Shown: piece by piece, positions 54,796-64,000 of the stretch
Layout: each line of letters starts with the position of its first letter
How positions within the stretch are numbered: the first letter of the stretch is position 1
NCBI GenBank assembly: GCA_018303825.1
Contig: JAGVXK010000007.1
Location: 10,094-74,093, forward strand
Source of the DNA: Candidatus Pacearchaeota archaeon
Lineage (GTDB): Archaea; Nanobdellota; Nanobdellia; Pacearchaeales; GW2011-AR1
Direction of reading: 5' to 3'
Length of the DNA stretch: 64,000 nt
Translations under genes and position numbers: made by a program
Notes under the pieces: model-generated
What the model saw: the letters and a program-made list of their open reading frames with translations, nothing else
What the model was told of the DNA's origin: nothing
The model's database searches: none

Positions 54796-57700
54796 ATTCT
54801 TTGAATAAAGCCTTTTTTGGGTCTGAATATGAAACCAGATTTTTCCAGTTGAGATATGGAATCATCTAATTCTACAGAAGTTATGTTATCTCCAATGGCT
54901 TTTGTTATTTCTTCCATAGGGATTAACCTTCCTAGTCTTGATTCCAATTTGGCAATTGTCTCTCTTACAAGGAGAATTTTACTTCTCTTTGAGGAGGTAA
55001 TTCCGGTTGTCATTCTATCTATGTCAAAGGATTTTGCTTCTTCATCATAGCCAACTTGCGACAGTGAGTGCTTTAGCAATCCGATGGCTACCTTTGCGTC
55101 TTCCTTTTTTACTTCATCACTTAGACGCATTTTTGCGTGTGCTTCTGCTAGCCTGATAAGGCCTTCTAATTGTCTTGCTGTAATAGGAATTGGTTTAATT
55201 TCAGAATCTGACTTTATTGATTGATTTCTCATTCTTATGTAAAATTCTTTTATTTCTTCAACTGCTTCATCTGTTAGTTTTGGCTTAATTTTTTGTTTTG
55301 CATAGGCAATATATTTTCTCATTAATTTTTGTTCTATGACATCCCTTATTACTTCTTGTTTATGCTCCTCAAGGACATGAGAGGCGATTGCTTCATCTTG
55401 CACTTTATTTGGCAAGTCTCTTATAACAAATATTACATCAAATCTGGATAATAATGCTGGAGAAATGTCTATTTGCTGTGGAATTGGAGTGTATGGGTCA
55501 AATCTTCCCATTTTTGGGTTTCCTGCTGCAAGAACAGTTGTTTCTGCTTTCAATGAGGCATGGATATTTGCTTTGGAGATGGTAACTGAGTTGTGCAAAA
55601 CCATATTATTAGATATAAAGCTGTGTGTTGGTTCAATTGTTATGTCATAAACCCATTTTATTCCGGGACTGGGTATAATTTCTACTTTTTTAATTTTTGA
55701 CCAACGTATTTTTCCAAAAGCTAACTTTTTCAGTTTTCTTAATATTGGGATAACTGAGAGCATTTCATTTATTTCTTCAGATAATATTTCATTATATTTC
55801 TTGTAGACTATGTTTTTCTTTTCATTTTGCAAAAGCATATAATCAGTTATACCTAATTTTTTCGAGACTGATAACGCTGAGAGTTCAATTGATTTTCTTA
55901 TTTTGCTTAGTTCATAGGCATTGTCTGTTTTTCTTATTGTTTCTTTTGCTATTTGAAGTTTATCTGCTTTTTTCTCGCAAATGTTTATCATCTTTTGTAA
56001 AAATAATCTATGTTTTTCGCAATTCATGCAAATTTGATTTTCTAAATATTTTTTCTGATTTATCTCTAATTTTTTAAAGACAAAATTTATTGATTGTGTG
56101 GCATTTGGAATTATATCTGTAATAGACCGATAGGATTTAGATTTTGAAAGGTATTCTTTTAATCTATTTTGTTTTTTCTCAGACAGAAAGCCTATAAAAT
56201 CATAAAATTTCAACAAGTTTTCATAGGATGTTATGTCTAATCTGAATACCTTTTTATCTTTGTAAATTGATGAAGTTATCCCAAATCTTAGTAATAATTC
56301 GCTTACCTGTTCTGCAAGATAGATATTTTCTGTAACCAGTCCTATTCTGCATCCGCCGCGTTTTAGATTGACTATAGTTCCATCACCATCGAATAAGGCT
56401 CGTATAAGAAGAGAAATGTCTTCTTTTTTGCATTTCATGATAATTTCTGGAATTTTTTTGAATGCTCCCTTTTTCATTAGATTTGTGTCTAATAAATTGA
56501 AAAAATCCACAACTTTTTTAGAGATAACTCTTACAGACATTCTATTCTCTCTTTTTGTTATTCCTGGTGCGAGATCGAAAATATTTTTAATTGTATCTTT
56601 GTAGTTCTCAATAAGTTTTGAGTCGGTATTGCAAAATTGAATTCCGTTCTTTTTCTTTCTATTTAATTCATATGAACCATCCGTAATGTGATACCCTAAA
56701 AGTTTGCAAAGCATTGGACCATTTTTGTATGGGAAAACTTCAAATTTTTGTTCCTCTCCGTCAATGGGCAGTTCTCCAGGTATTGGAAAGAATTCACCAG
56801 CTTTCATTTTTATTGCCGGTATTGTTGTGATTGAGCCATTTCTTGTGATCCAGCAAGGGTGTTCGGGTGTTACAGTTACATTTCGTCCATTGTTTAATGT
56901 TATTTTTACAAATTTGTTTGGTGCGAGATGTCTACTAACTTTTGATATTTTTGATGGATAAATTGTCTCGAAATCGGTAGTCAATATGCTTTTTTTGTTT
57001 TCAATTGGAAGTATTTCACAATTGATTCCTTGTTTTACTCTGCTCTCATTTTTTGATATCAATGAATCAACGAAATTTCCTATTTTTTCTTTGGAGCCAT
57101 CTGCAAAGCTTATCTCTAAGTCGGGCAAATAACATTGCTGCTCCATTGCTTCGTGCATGGCGCTTCTATCATGCTCTTCCATTTTTTCAATCTCATCAAT
57201 GCAGACAACTCCCTTGTTTGATAGTACCATAGCTCCCGCTTCCAATGACCACCCACGCAAAAATTCATCTCTCACTACAGCAGCAGTAAGTCCGGCTGCG
57301 CTGGCAGATTTTCCAGACACGTATCTTCCTTTTGGAGCTATTGATGAGGCAAACTTAAGAATAACAGATTTTGCTACTCCGGGATCACCAACAAGAAGGA
57401 TGTGGATATCCCCCCTTGTATGCCCGCTATCTGATTTTATTTTTCTTACGCCTCCGAACATTTGCAATAAAATTGATTCTTTTATTCTTTCATAGCCATA
57501 TACACTTGGGGAGATGCTTTGAGAGAGTCTTTTGTATATATTTGGATCTGCTGCCAACTCAAGGATTTGTTTTATATCTTCTTCGTCAGTTTCTAAATCT
57601 TCAAATGACTCTTCCATTGGCTGAATGTTGTTTGCTTCTATTGCAATATCATATCTTGTTGAAATTCCTGTCGGCAATGGCAGAGGAACTTCCTTGAGAA

Positions 57701-58361
57701 CTCCACAAATTCTAATTTTGCTTCCAGGGGTTGTTCTTTCTTCCATCTTTGGGTCAACCAAATCTTCTTGAAGGAAAACATTAATTCTCCTTGGTTGTTC
57801 TCCTCCTTCTAAAGTATCTGGGGCTTCCTCTATTACAAGTCTTTGGGCATCAACCATTTCTTTTGATATGACTTTGAATGACGATTTCCAGCCACAAGTG
57901 CATCTTGTTGGCTCATGGAATTTTTTGTCTATTTGCAGAACTGAAAGGATTGCGCCGCAATTTGGGCATTCGAATTTTGCATTTACTACCTGTGGACGAA
58001 CATCGCTGGCTTGTCTAATAATGCCTTCAATCCAAAGCATTTTATCAAGGTGTTTTGCTCTTATTTCTCTTATTTTTATGTGGACGTCTTTTGGCAGCTC
58101 GGATAATCTGACTCTTGGTCCTTTAACACTTAAACCTGATTCTTCCAAGGCTATCTCTAAAATAGCTAAAGTGTCTTGCGGGCTATCTAGAATGTTTTCA
58201 GATAAAGTTGGGGAGAATTCGGCAAGTAGCGGGAAAGAGAGTTTTATAACCCTATCCCCCCCTCTTGTTGATTGCCCTATCTCTTTTTTGTATGCGTCAA
58301 AGAAATTTTTTGCTTCTAAAATTAATTCATCATGCTTCTTTTTTTTCGTCACCTGCTCCAT
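54792..58361 (-). CDS. mcm: MCM replicative helicase precursor (about 674 aa after intein removal)
   Basis: Zn finger CPNC..CTC, Walker A GDPGVAKS, SAAGLTAAV, Walker B CIDE, SRFD arginine finger, TARQLE. Confidence 0.97.
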   Translation of the reverse strand: MEQVTKKKKHDELILEAKNFFDAYKKEIGQSTRGGDRVIKLSFPLLAEFSPTLSENILDSPQDTLAILEIALEESGLSVKGPRVRLSELPKDVHIKIREIRAKHLDKMLWIEGIIRQASDVRPQVVNAKFECPNCGAILSVLQIDKKFHEPTRCTCGWKSSFKVISKEMVDAQRLVIEEAPDTLEGGEQPRRINVFLQEDLVDPKMEERTTPGSKIRICGVLKEVPLPLPTGISTRYDIAIEANNIQPMEESFEDLETDEEDIKQILELAADPNIYKRLSQSISPSVYGYERIKESILLQMFGGVRKIKSDSGHTRGDIHILLVGDPGVAKSVILKFASSIAPKGRYVSGKSASAAGLTAAVVRDEFLRGWSLEAGAMVLSNKGVVCIDEIEKMEEHDRSAMHEAMEQQCYLPDLEISFADGSKEKIGNFVDSLISKNESRVKQGINCEILPIENKKSILTTDFETIYPSKISKVSRHLAPNKFVKITLNNGRNVTVTPEHPCWITRNGSITTIPAIKMKAGEFFPIPGELPIDGEEQKFEVFPYKNGPMLCKLLGYHITDGSYELNRKKKNGIQFCNTDSKLIENYKDTIKNIFDLAPGITKRENRMSVRVISKKVVDFFNLLDTNLMKKGAFKKIPEIIMKCKKEDISLLIRALFDGDGTIVNLKRGGCRIGLVTENIYLAEQVSELLLRFGITSSIYKDKKVFRLDITSYENLLKFYDFIGFLSEKKQNRLKEYLSKSKSYRSITDIIPNATQSINFVFKKLEINQKKYLENQICMNCEKHRLFLQKMINICEKKADKLQIAKETIRKTDNAYELSKIRKSIELSALSVSKKLGITDYMLLQNEKKNIVYKKYNEILSEEINEMLSVIPILRKLKKLAFGKIRWSKIKKVEIIPSPGIKWVYDITIEPTHSFISNNMVLHNSVTISKANIHASLKAETTVLAAGNPKMGRFDPYTPIPQQIDISPALLSRFDVIFVIRDLPNKVQDEAIASHVLEEHKQEVIRDVIEQKLMRKYIAYAKQKIKPKLTDEAVEEIKEFYIRMRNQSIKSDSEIKPIPITARQLEGLIRLAEAHAKMRLSDEVKKEDAKVAIGLLKHSLSQVGYDEEAKSFDIDRMTTGITSSKRSKILLVRETIAKLESRLGRLIPMEEITKAIGDNITSVELDDSISQLEKSGFIFRPKKGFIQRM
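55590..57134 (-). mobile_element. Intein (515 aa) with LAGLIDADG homing endonuclease at the MCM EQQ/SVTISKA site
   Basis: Starts CYLPD, block B TPEHP, blocks LLGYHITDGS and LIRALFDGDGT, ends VYDITI..VLHN followed by Ser +1. Confidence 0.95.
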
Positions 58362-58546
58362 GTTTTACCTTGTTTATGTGCGTTTAAATTGTTTATTATA
58401 CCCAGATATATCTAATTAGATTGAATACAGGGGATTTGTAATTATTAGAAACAAGGGCGGCTTTTATAACTATGGCACTATAAGATAATAATAACACAAA
58501 ACAATTCGATATAAATGTTTAAATAAGCCACATTTAGTGCAGAATT

Positions 58547-58735
58547 ATGGTTGAAGATAAGAAATATGAAGTTGGATGCTATGAGCAATCATTTTTGGGA
58601 CAGCTATGGAGATGGAGTGATGAAACAGGATACAGTCCAATAATGCTTGGACTGCTTATGCAGAGAGAACTTGATAAGATAATTAGAAATGAAGATATTT
58701 TTAAAGAGAGAGTAAGAAGAGCCATTGAAGGCTGA
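58547..58735 (+). CDS. Small orphan protein
   Basis: 62 aa; TATA box TTTAAATA at 58518-58525, 22 nt before the ATG. Confidence 0.55.
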   Translation: MVEDKKYEVGCYEQSFLGQLWRWSDETGYSPIMLGLLMQRELDKIIRNEDIFKERVRRAIEG

Positions 58736-58785
58736 TCGCAGAATTATTACCAAATCTTTAAATATTGATTATAACTTATCTTGGC

Positions 58786-58980
58786 ATGCCCATTGCATTA
58801 GCAGAATATACGGATGAAGAACTGATTAAGTTAGGCATCGATCCCGCATTAAGGAAAAATACTATTAGCGTTCCAAAATGGGATGAAATTAGGCTAACCC
58901 AAAGGGAACAGTATCTTCTTGGAAGATTATTTGATCCTCTCTTCACAGATCCAAGATATTTTCCTTTAATGACTGGTTGA
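58786..58980 (+). CDS. Small orphan protein (start likely ATG 58786)
   Basis: 64 aa; TATA box TTTAAATA at 58757-58764, 22 nt before the ATG. Confidence 0.5.
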   Translation: MPIALAEYTDEELIKLGIDPALRKNTISVPKWDEIRLTQREQYLLGRLFDPLFTDPRYFPLMTG

Positions 58981-60081
58981 TTATTCCAACTGATATCTGA
59001 GAATGCCGCCAATGCCCTTCGTTAAATTAAAGAACTGCTCTCCATCTTGATTGTCCATAGAAATTATAATCATTTCTGTGCCTGAAGCAATTGCAAGAGG
59101 CTCTAATTCTTCCACCTGTTCTTTTGGAACCTTCATTGAAACTAAAAGAAGTTCAACTGCTCCTCTTTTCAAGGCATGTTTTGTTTTTTCATATCCATAT
59201 ACTGTTTTTTCTTTATTTTTGCCAAGCATTTCAAAGAATCTTGTCAAGAGATTTTTCTCCAGGACCATTTCCTGCTGGGAGATTTCTTTTTCAGACGATT
59301 CAACAAGGATTTCCAAACCATGTTCATCTGTTTCGCCTATGTCTTTTATAGCTATGATGAGATTCTTCAATTTTGTGACAAGCTCTCCTTCTTTGAGAAA
59401 ATCTTCTTTTGTCGGAATTGGACCTCCTATCAAGATGCCTTTTAGTTTGGGCATATCAAAAAAGAGTTCTTTCATATTTTCAGCTATTCTTTTGTAGAAA
59501 TCTTTTGCCATTCCATCTCTTATTCGCTCGAATCTAGCGGCTGATTGACCACCAGTCTTGTATTTTCCGGGAACATTTGATGTTAAATGCCTAAGGACTT
59601 TGATTTGTTTTCCTTCTAAAACACCCATTGTTGCTTCTTTTCTGTCCATGACTACAAGACCATAGACTTCATCAACATCAAGCATTTCCTGCAGTGGCTC
59701 AACGACAAAGACCTGGTCGCATCTATATGTTCTCACTCTTAGGGGCTTAGGAGGCTCAATTGCCCATAGTTTAATGTCTTGATTTCCTTCTTTTTCAGAT
59801 ACGTTTCCCGCAAATAGGGCAAGGCCATTCTTTGGGGTTTGCTTGTAATTCTTTAATTCTCTTATAATCGATTCGATAGAATCTATGACTGCTGTTCTTG
59901 TCTGTTTTGACTTAATGTTCTCGGCAGTTGACCTTTCCGCTTCCAATTGCCTTATAACTGGAAAGATGTTTGTATCAGAAGGAATCATGACTGTAACAAG
60001 TTCTGTGTGCCTTCCACGTATACTTCTAAGTAGCTGAACCAGGTCAGTAAGTTCTTTTCTTTGTTTTGTATTTATTGTCAT
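58981..60081 (-). CDS. prf1: Peptide chain release factor aRF1
   Basis: GRHTELVT, NIKS, YRCD, GGQS motifs. Confidence 0.97.
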   Translation of the reverse strand: MTINTKQRKELTDLVQLLRSIRGRHTELVTVMIPSDTNIFPVIRQLEAERSTAENIKSKQTRTAVIDSIESIIRELKNYKQTPKNGLALFAGNVSEKEGNQDIKLWAIEPPKPLRVRTYRCDQVFVVEPLQEMLDVDEVYGLVVMDRKEATMGVLEGKQIKVLRHLTSNVPGKYKTGGQSAARFERIRDGMAKDFYKRIAENMKELFFDMPKLKGILIGGPIPTKEDFLKEGELVTKLKNLIIAIKDIGETDEHGLEILVESSEKEISQQEMVLEKNLLTRFFEMLGKNKEKTVYGYEKTKHALKRGAVELLLVSMKVPKEQVEELEPLAIASGTEMIIISMDNQDGEQFFNLTKGIGGILRYQLE

Positions 60082-60146
60082 GGTGTTATTTTATCGTTCA
60101 ATTAATATAAAAGTGGATAAAGGATAGTTATTAAATCTTTTTTATC

Positions 60147-62504
60147 CTAAAGGAATTCAACTTTGAACGGGCCTTCTTTAATTTCCCTTGATGTTAAAAC
60201 TGCCTTTAAATCTCCCATAACATCACCCAAAAGTTTCTTGTCTTCCTTGGAAATTGTAAGGTTTATCTCAGCTTTCATAGATTTTTTGGCTTCTGATTTG
60301 GCTTGCCTGGCTTTTGTTATTATGTCCAAAAGCTTGTTCCATGTATCATCATCTGCCTTAGAGGATTTTACCTTTATTTTTTCTGGCCAGGATTCTATAT
60401 GGATAGATTTTTTATTTTCATATTTCTTGAAATGCTCCTGATAGAGTTCCTCCGTTATATACGGTGTAAATGGAGCCATTAATTTTAGAATAATAAGCAA
60501 AGATTGGTATAAAGTATAAAATGCAGATGCTTTCTCATTTTCCTTGCCATTATATACTCTGTTTTTAACAATTTCTAGGTAATTATCACATAATGTGCTC
60601 CAGAAAAATAAGTCTGCTTCAAGTTTCGCTCTTGAATAATTATATTCCTCAAATGCTTTCGTAGAAGAATTTATCAATTTGTTTAATTGAATTAAGAATA
60701 GTCTGTCTGTTTCATGTAATTTTGGCATTTTCCTTTGATATTGCAAGTTTATAAATACGAAATTAGTTGCATTGAGTATTTTTGTGACAAACTTCTTTCC
60801 AGTCACAACGTCTTTTTCCTGATAATTGATGTCTTCTCCTAATTTAGAAGATGCTGCCCAATATCTAATGGCATCTGAGCCATATTTTTCCATTACATCT
60901 TGCGGTCTTATGATATTTCCTTTTGATTTTGACATTTTTTGACCTTCAAGAGTCACAAATCCTGAGATGATTGTTTCTTTCCAAGGATTCTTATTGAAAT
61001 GAAGTCTTGATTTAATCATTGTATTAAACAACCAGAATGTTATGATATCATGCGCTTGTGGCCTTAAATCCATAGGGAGTAACTTTTTCTGCGTTTTTTT
61101 ATCCATTAGCCATGTTGATAACTGTGGAGTCATGGAAGAGGTAAACCAGGTATTAAGGACATCCATTTCGGGAGTGACTTCTTTTGAGCCACATTTTTTA
61201 CAGGCAGACTTTGGCTTGTCCTTTTCAGGGTCTACCGGTAATTGCGATTCTTCGGCAAGAATTGGTTCTTCGCATTTTTTACAATACCACAAAGGGAAAG
61301 GAACTCCAAAATATCTTTGATTGGAGATAAGCCAGTCCCATTGCAATCCATTAACCCAGTTGTCATATCTATGTTTCATGAATTCAGGATACCATTTGAG
61401 CTCGGAGCCCCATTTTAACATACCTCCTTTTAAATCCAAATAACGCACAAACCATTGTTTGCTTTTTATGAATTCTATTTCAGTGCCGCATCTCTCATGT
61501 ACATTAACAAAATGTTTTATTGGTTCCTGTTTTGTCAGCAATCCTTCTTCCTTAAGATCTTGGATGATTGCCTTTCTTGCTCCTTTAATAGGCATCCCTT
61601 GGTATTTGCCAGAAATATTTGTCATTTTGCCGTCATCAGATATTGCCATCTTGATTGGAAGATTATGCGCTTTCTGCCATTCCATGTCAGTTTGGTCTCC
61701 GAAAGTGCAGCACATAACAATTCCTGTTCCTTTTTCAGGGTCTGCTCTTATATCTTCCATTATAGGTACTCCGAAATTGAATAATGGGACTTTTGCCATT
61801 TTTCCCTTATATTTTTCGTATCTTTTGTCTCCAGGATGGTAGAAAATAGATACACAAGCTGGAAGCAATTCTGGGCGAGTTGTAGCTATTGTTAGCTTCT
61901 CTTTTCCAACGGTAAATATTATATTATTAAATGTTGATTCTATTTCTTTGTCCTGCACTTCAACTTGTGCAACACCTGTTCTACACTCCGGACAGAACAT
62001 AGAAGGGGCGTCTTTTCTGTATACTCTTCCTTTTTTGTATAAATCAAGAAAAGACCATTGGGAGATTTTTCTTGAATTATTGTCGATTGTTGAGTATAGA
62101 ATATTAAAGTCGCACGAAATTCCAATGTTTTTCCAGTCCTGAATGAACTTTGGCAGTTCTTCTTTTAGAAATGACATACACAATTTTATAAATTCTGTTC
62201 TTTGCATCTCTTTGGCTTTGACACCCTTCTTTTTTTCTACGAGCCTTTCTGTTGGAAGTCCGTTATCGTCTGTTCCAAAGGGGTAGAATATATTGAACCC
62301 CGACATTCTTTTGTATCTTGCAATGAAGTCTTGCTGGGAATAAGAACAGGCATGTCCTATGTGCATCTCTCCCGAGACAGTTGGGGGCGGGGTATCAATT
62401 GAGTAAATCTTTTTCTTTGATTTTGTATCAAATTTATAAATGCCTTCTCTTTCCCAATACTTCTTCCATTTTTCCTCTATCTCTTTTGTGTTAATCTCAG
62501 CCAT
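60147..62504 (-). CDS. valS: Valine--tRNA ligase (archaeal type); start likely ATG 62504
   Basis: IDTPPPTVSG.MHIGH, GTG.VM.CTFGD.TD, WDW.ISNQR.FG, KMSKS. Confidence 0.96.
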   Translation of the reverse strand: MAEINTKEIEEKWKKYWEREGIYKFDTKSKKKIYSIDTPPPTVSGEMHIGHACSYSQQDFIARYKRMSGFNIFYPFGTDDNGLPTERLVEKKKGVKAKEMQRTEFIKLCMSFLKEELPKFIQDWKNIGISCDFNILYSTIDNNSRKISQWSFLDLYKKGRVYRKDAPSMFCPECRTGVAQVEVQDKEIESTFNNIIFTVGKEKLTIATTRPELLPACVSIFYHPGDKRYEKYKGKMAKVPLFNFGVPIMEDIRADPEKGTGIVMCCTFGDQTDMEWQKAHNLPIKMAISDDGKMTNISGKYQGMPIKGARKAIIQDLKEEGLLTKQEPIKHFVNVHERCGTEIEFIKSKQWFVRYLDLKGGMLKWGSELKWYPEFMKHRYDNWVNGLQWDWLISNQRYFGVPFPLWYCKKCEEPILAEESQLPVDPEKDKPKSACKKCGSKEVTPEMDVLNTWFTSSMTPQLSTWLMDKKTQKKLLPMDLRPQAHDIITFWLFNTMIKSRLHFNKNPWKETIISGFVTLEGQKMSKSKGNIIRPQDVMEKYGSDAIRYWAASSKLGEDINYQEKDVVTGKKFVTKILNATNFVFINLQYQRKMPKLHETDRLFLIQLNKLINSSTKAFEEYNYSRAKLEADLFFWSTLCDNYLEIVKNRVYNGKENEKASAFYTLYQSLLIILKLMAPFTPYITEELYQEHFKKYENKKSIHIESWPEKIKVKSSKADDDTWNKLLDIITKARQAKSEAKKSMKAEINLTISKEDKKLLGDVMGDLKAVLTSREIKEGPFKVEFL

Positions 62505-62554
62505 GAATCTTATTGGATGCAAGGGATTTTAAAGTTTAGGGTTTTGGTCTTCTG

Positions 62555-63007
62555 ATGAGTAAAATAAGAACATTAACTCCTCCAGATATGATTTTGATTT
62601 TCGTTCTTCTTCAATTGGTATTGCACTTTCTTTATCCAATCGGACAAATTATCTCTTATCCGCTTACTTTATTTGGCATATTGTTTATAATTATCGGAAT
62701 CATACCTAATCTTGTTGGCTATTTTGTTCTCAAAAAAGAGAAAACATCTGTTAAAATTTATGAAATTCCTAATAAACTTATAACCTCTGGTTTTTTTGGA
62801 ATAAGCAGAAATCCTATTTATTTAGGGATGACTCTGATATTGTTTGGTGTGGCAATTTTGCTTGGTTCGGTTGTAACTTTTATTTTTCCAATAATTTTCA
62901 TTATCTTAACTGATATTTTTGTAGTTAGAAAAGAAGAGGAAGTTTTGAGGAAAAGATTTGGCATAGCATATGTAGAATATTGTAAGAAGGTAAGAAGGTG
63001 GGTATGA
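62555..63007 (+). CDS. Isoprenylcysteine carboxyl methyltransferase/PEMT family membrane protein
   Basis: LITSG.F..SRNPIYLG, EE..L..FG..Y.EYCKKVRRW. Confidence 0.9.
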   Translation: MSKIRTLTPPDMILIFVLLQLVLHFLYPIGQIISYPLTLFGILFIIIGIIPNLVGYFVLKKEKTSVKIYEIPNKLITSGFFGISRNPIYLGMTLILFGVAILLGSVVTFIFPIIFIILTDIFVVRKEEEVLRKRFGIAYVEYCKKVRRWV

Positions 63008-63615
63008 ATTCAAAAAGAGCAGTGAGGCAATTAATGTCTATAAAGAAAATGGCAAAAGAATTAAGGCTTGCTGCAGATGGCTGGGATTCAGATTGGAAAA
63101 CTCTCATTGCCACTCTGATGAGCGCGCGAACGACAGATAAAATAACAATTCCTATAGCAGAGAAGTTGTTTAAGAAATATAATAATATAAAGAAGTTGTC
63201 TAAAGCAAAGGTAAAAGATATTGGAGGAATAATAAAAGGAGTTAATTTTTATAAAACAAAGGCAAGAAATATATCTAATTTGAGCAAGATTCTTATTAAA
63301 GATTATAGCGGAAAAGTGCCGCATGATTTTGAGAAGTTGATTGAATTGCCAGGGGTGGGAAGAAAAACTGCCAATGTTTTTCTTGCTGAGCAAGGTCATG
63401 GAACAATAGGGGTAGACACTCACTGCCTTTGGATATCGCAACAGATGGGTTGGACTAAACATGAAAAACAACATGAAGTTGAACAGGATTTAATGAAGTT
63501 GTTTCCAAAGAGATTGTGGGGGGAGATTAATTGGATTCTTGTAAGATTTGGGCAGACATATCCTTCAAGAAGCAAAAAGAGAGAAATATTGAAAGAAATA
63601 AAGAGAATAAAATAA
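63004..63615 (+). CDS. nth: Endonuclease III-like HhH-GPD glycosylase without the 4Fe-4S motif
   Basis: LIATLMSARTTD, HhH LPGVGRKTANV (catalytic Lys), VDTH (catalytic Asp); no C-terminal Cys cluster. Confidence 0.88.
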   Translation: MNSKRAVRQLMSIKKMAKELRLAADGWDSDWKTLIATLMSARTTDKITIPIAEKLFKKYNNIKKLSKAKVKDIGGIIKGVNFYKTKARNISNLSKILIKDYSGKVPHDFEKLIELPGVGRKTANVFLAEQGHGTIGVDTHCLWISQQMGWTKHEKQHEVEQDLMKLFPKRLWGEINWILVRFGQTYPSRSKKREILKEIKRIK

Positions 63616-63659
63616 CTTTATATCGATAGGTTTTTATAGTATTTTTCGGTTGAATAAAC

Positions 63660-63839
63660 ATGGCAGATAACAAAATAACAATGCCTGGTGGAATGGGTGG
63701 TTTGGTTAGATATGATTCGGAGTATAAGTCAAGGTTTATGCTTTCTCCTGGGCGGGTGGTTGCCTTTTTAATTGGAATTATTGTTCTTGTTCTCGCACTA
63801 AAGGCATTTATGCCCGTTGCAGTTGCTCCTGCGGGTTGA
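63660..63839 (+). CDS. secG: Preprotein translocase subunit Sec61-beta (59 aa; not in the ORF track)
   Basis: MADNKIQMPGGMGGLVRYDSE..LSP..V..I.IIVLVLAL: GLVRY motif plus one TM helix. Confidence 0.9.
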   Translation: MADNKITMPGGMGGLVRYDSEYKSRFMLSPGRVVAFLIGIIVLVLALKAFMPVAVAPAG

Positions 63840-63867
63840 GTTTTTATTCTTCCTAGTATCCCAAGGT

Positions 63868-63889
63868 CTTGCTTTTTGGATAAAGCAAG
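63868..63889. terminator. Hairpin downstream of sec61-beta
   Basis: CTTGCTTT-TTGGAT-AAAGCAAG 8-bp stem. Confidence 0.45.
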
Positions 63890-63914
63890 GCAGGAAATAA
63901 ATATTAAATGTTAG

Positions 63915-63952
63915 CAAGAAATCCGTTAAGCTTTAGCTAACGGATGAATTGC
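63915..63952. mobile_element. Probable IS200/IS605-family subterminal hairpin (element end)
   Basis: CAAGAA-ATCCGTT-A-AGC-TTTA-GCT-AACGGAT-GAATTGC: bulged stem with CTTTAG loop region flanked by AGAA and GAATTG; no transposase in the window. Confidence 0.55.
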
Positions 63953-64000
63953 GTACTTATTTATTCTAAAAAATATTACTTTCAGGGAGAGTTTGTTGCA

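Noticed and set aside
58362-58546. Replication origin upstream of mcm
   Set aside because: No ORB-like repeats and no cdc6/orc1 gene in the window; the gap is explained by two divergent promoters.
1-64000. Diversity-generating retroelement or integron, both plausible for DPANN accessory regions
   Set aside because: No reverse transcriptase, no template/variable repeat pair, no tyrosine recombinase and no repeated attC-like family were seen.

Overview
This is an AT-rich archaeal chromosomal segment. Gene content and domain architectures point to a DPANN/Nanobdellota organism, most likely Pacearchaeota or a close relative (inference). Core information-processing genes are tbp, lig, radB, rpoL, scpB, tfe, mcm (with a 515-aa LAGLIDADG intein), an RPA32-like gene, aIF2-beta, aRF1, ftsZ, nth and sec61-beta. 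A dense tRNA-related set comprises alaS, valS, ND-aspS, gatA/B/C/D/E, bacterial-type tgt and mnmA, dys, tRNA-Arg(UCG) and a tRNA-Asn(GUU) with two introns. Accessory content includes three toxin-antitoxin-like pairs, a giant surface glycoprotein gene that appears frameshifted, and many solitary leaderless orphan genes with their own TATA boxes. A probable IS200/IS605 end hairpin lies at the right edge. No CRISPR array, rRNA, integrase or reverse transcriptase was seen. The strongest leads are: (1) the double-intron tRNA-Asn with a non-canonical 15/16 intron; (2) a ~31-bp palindromic leader element shared by three envelope-related transcription units, one of which also carries a 13-bp periodic array; (3) a Tgt with a possible queuine-salvage pocket; (4) an acylphosphatase-UppS fusion; (5) a GatE lacking its AspRS-like insertion; (6) a 420-bp orphan cassette bounded by a duplicated gene end. 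All family assignments are from motif recognition by eye; no searches were run.
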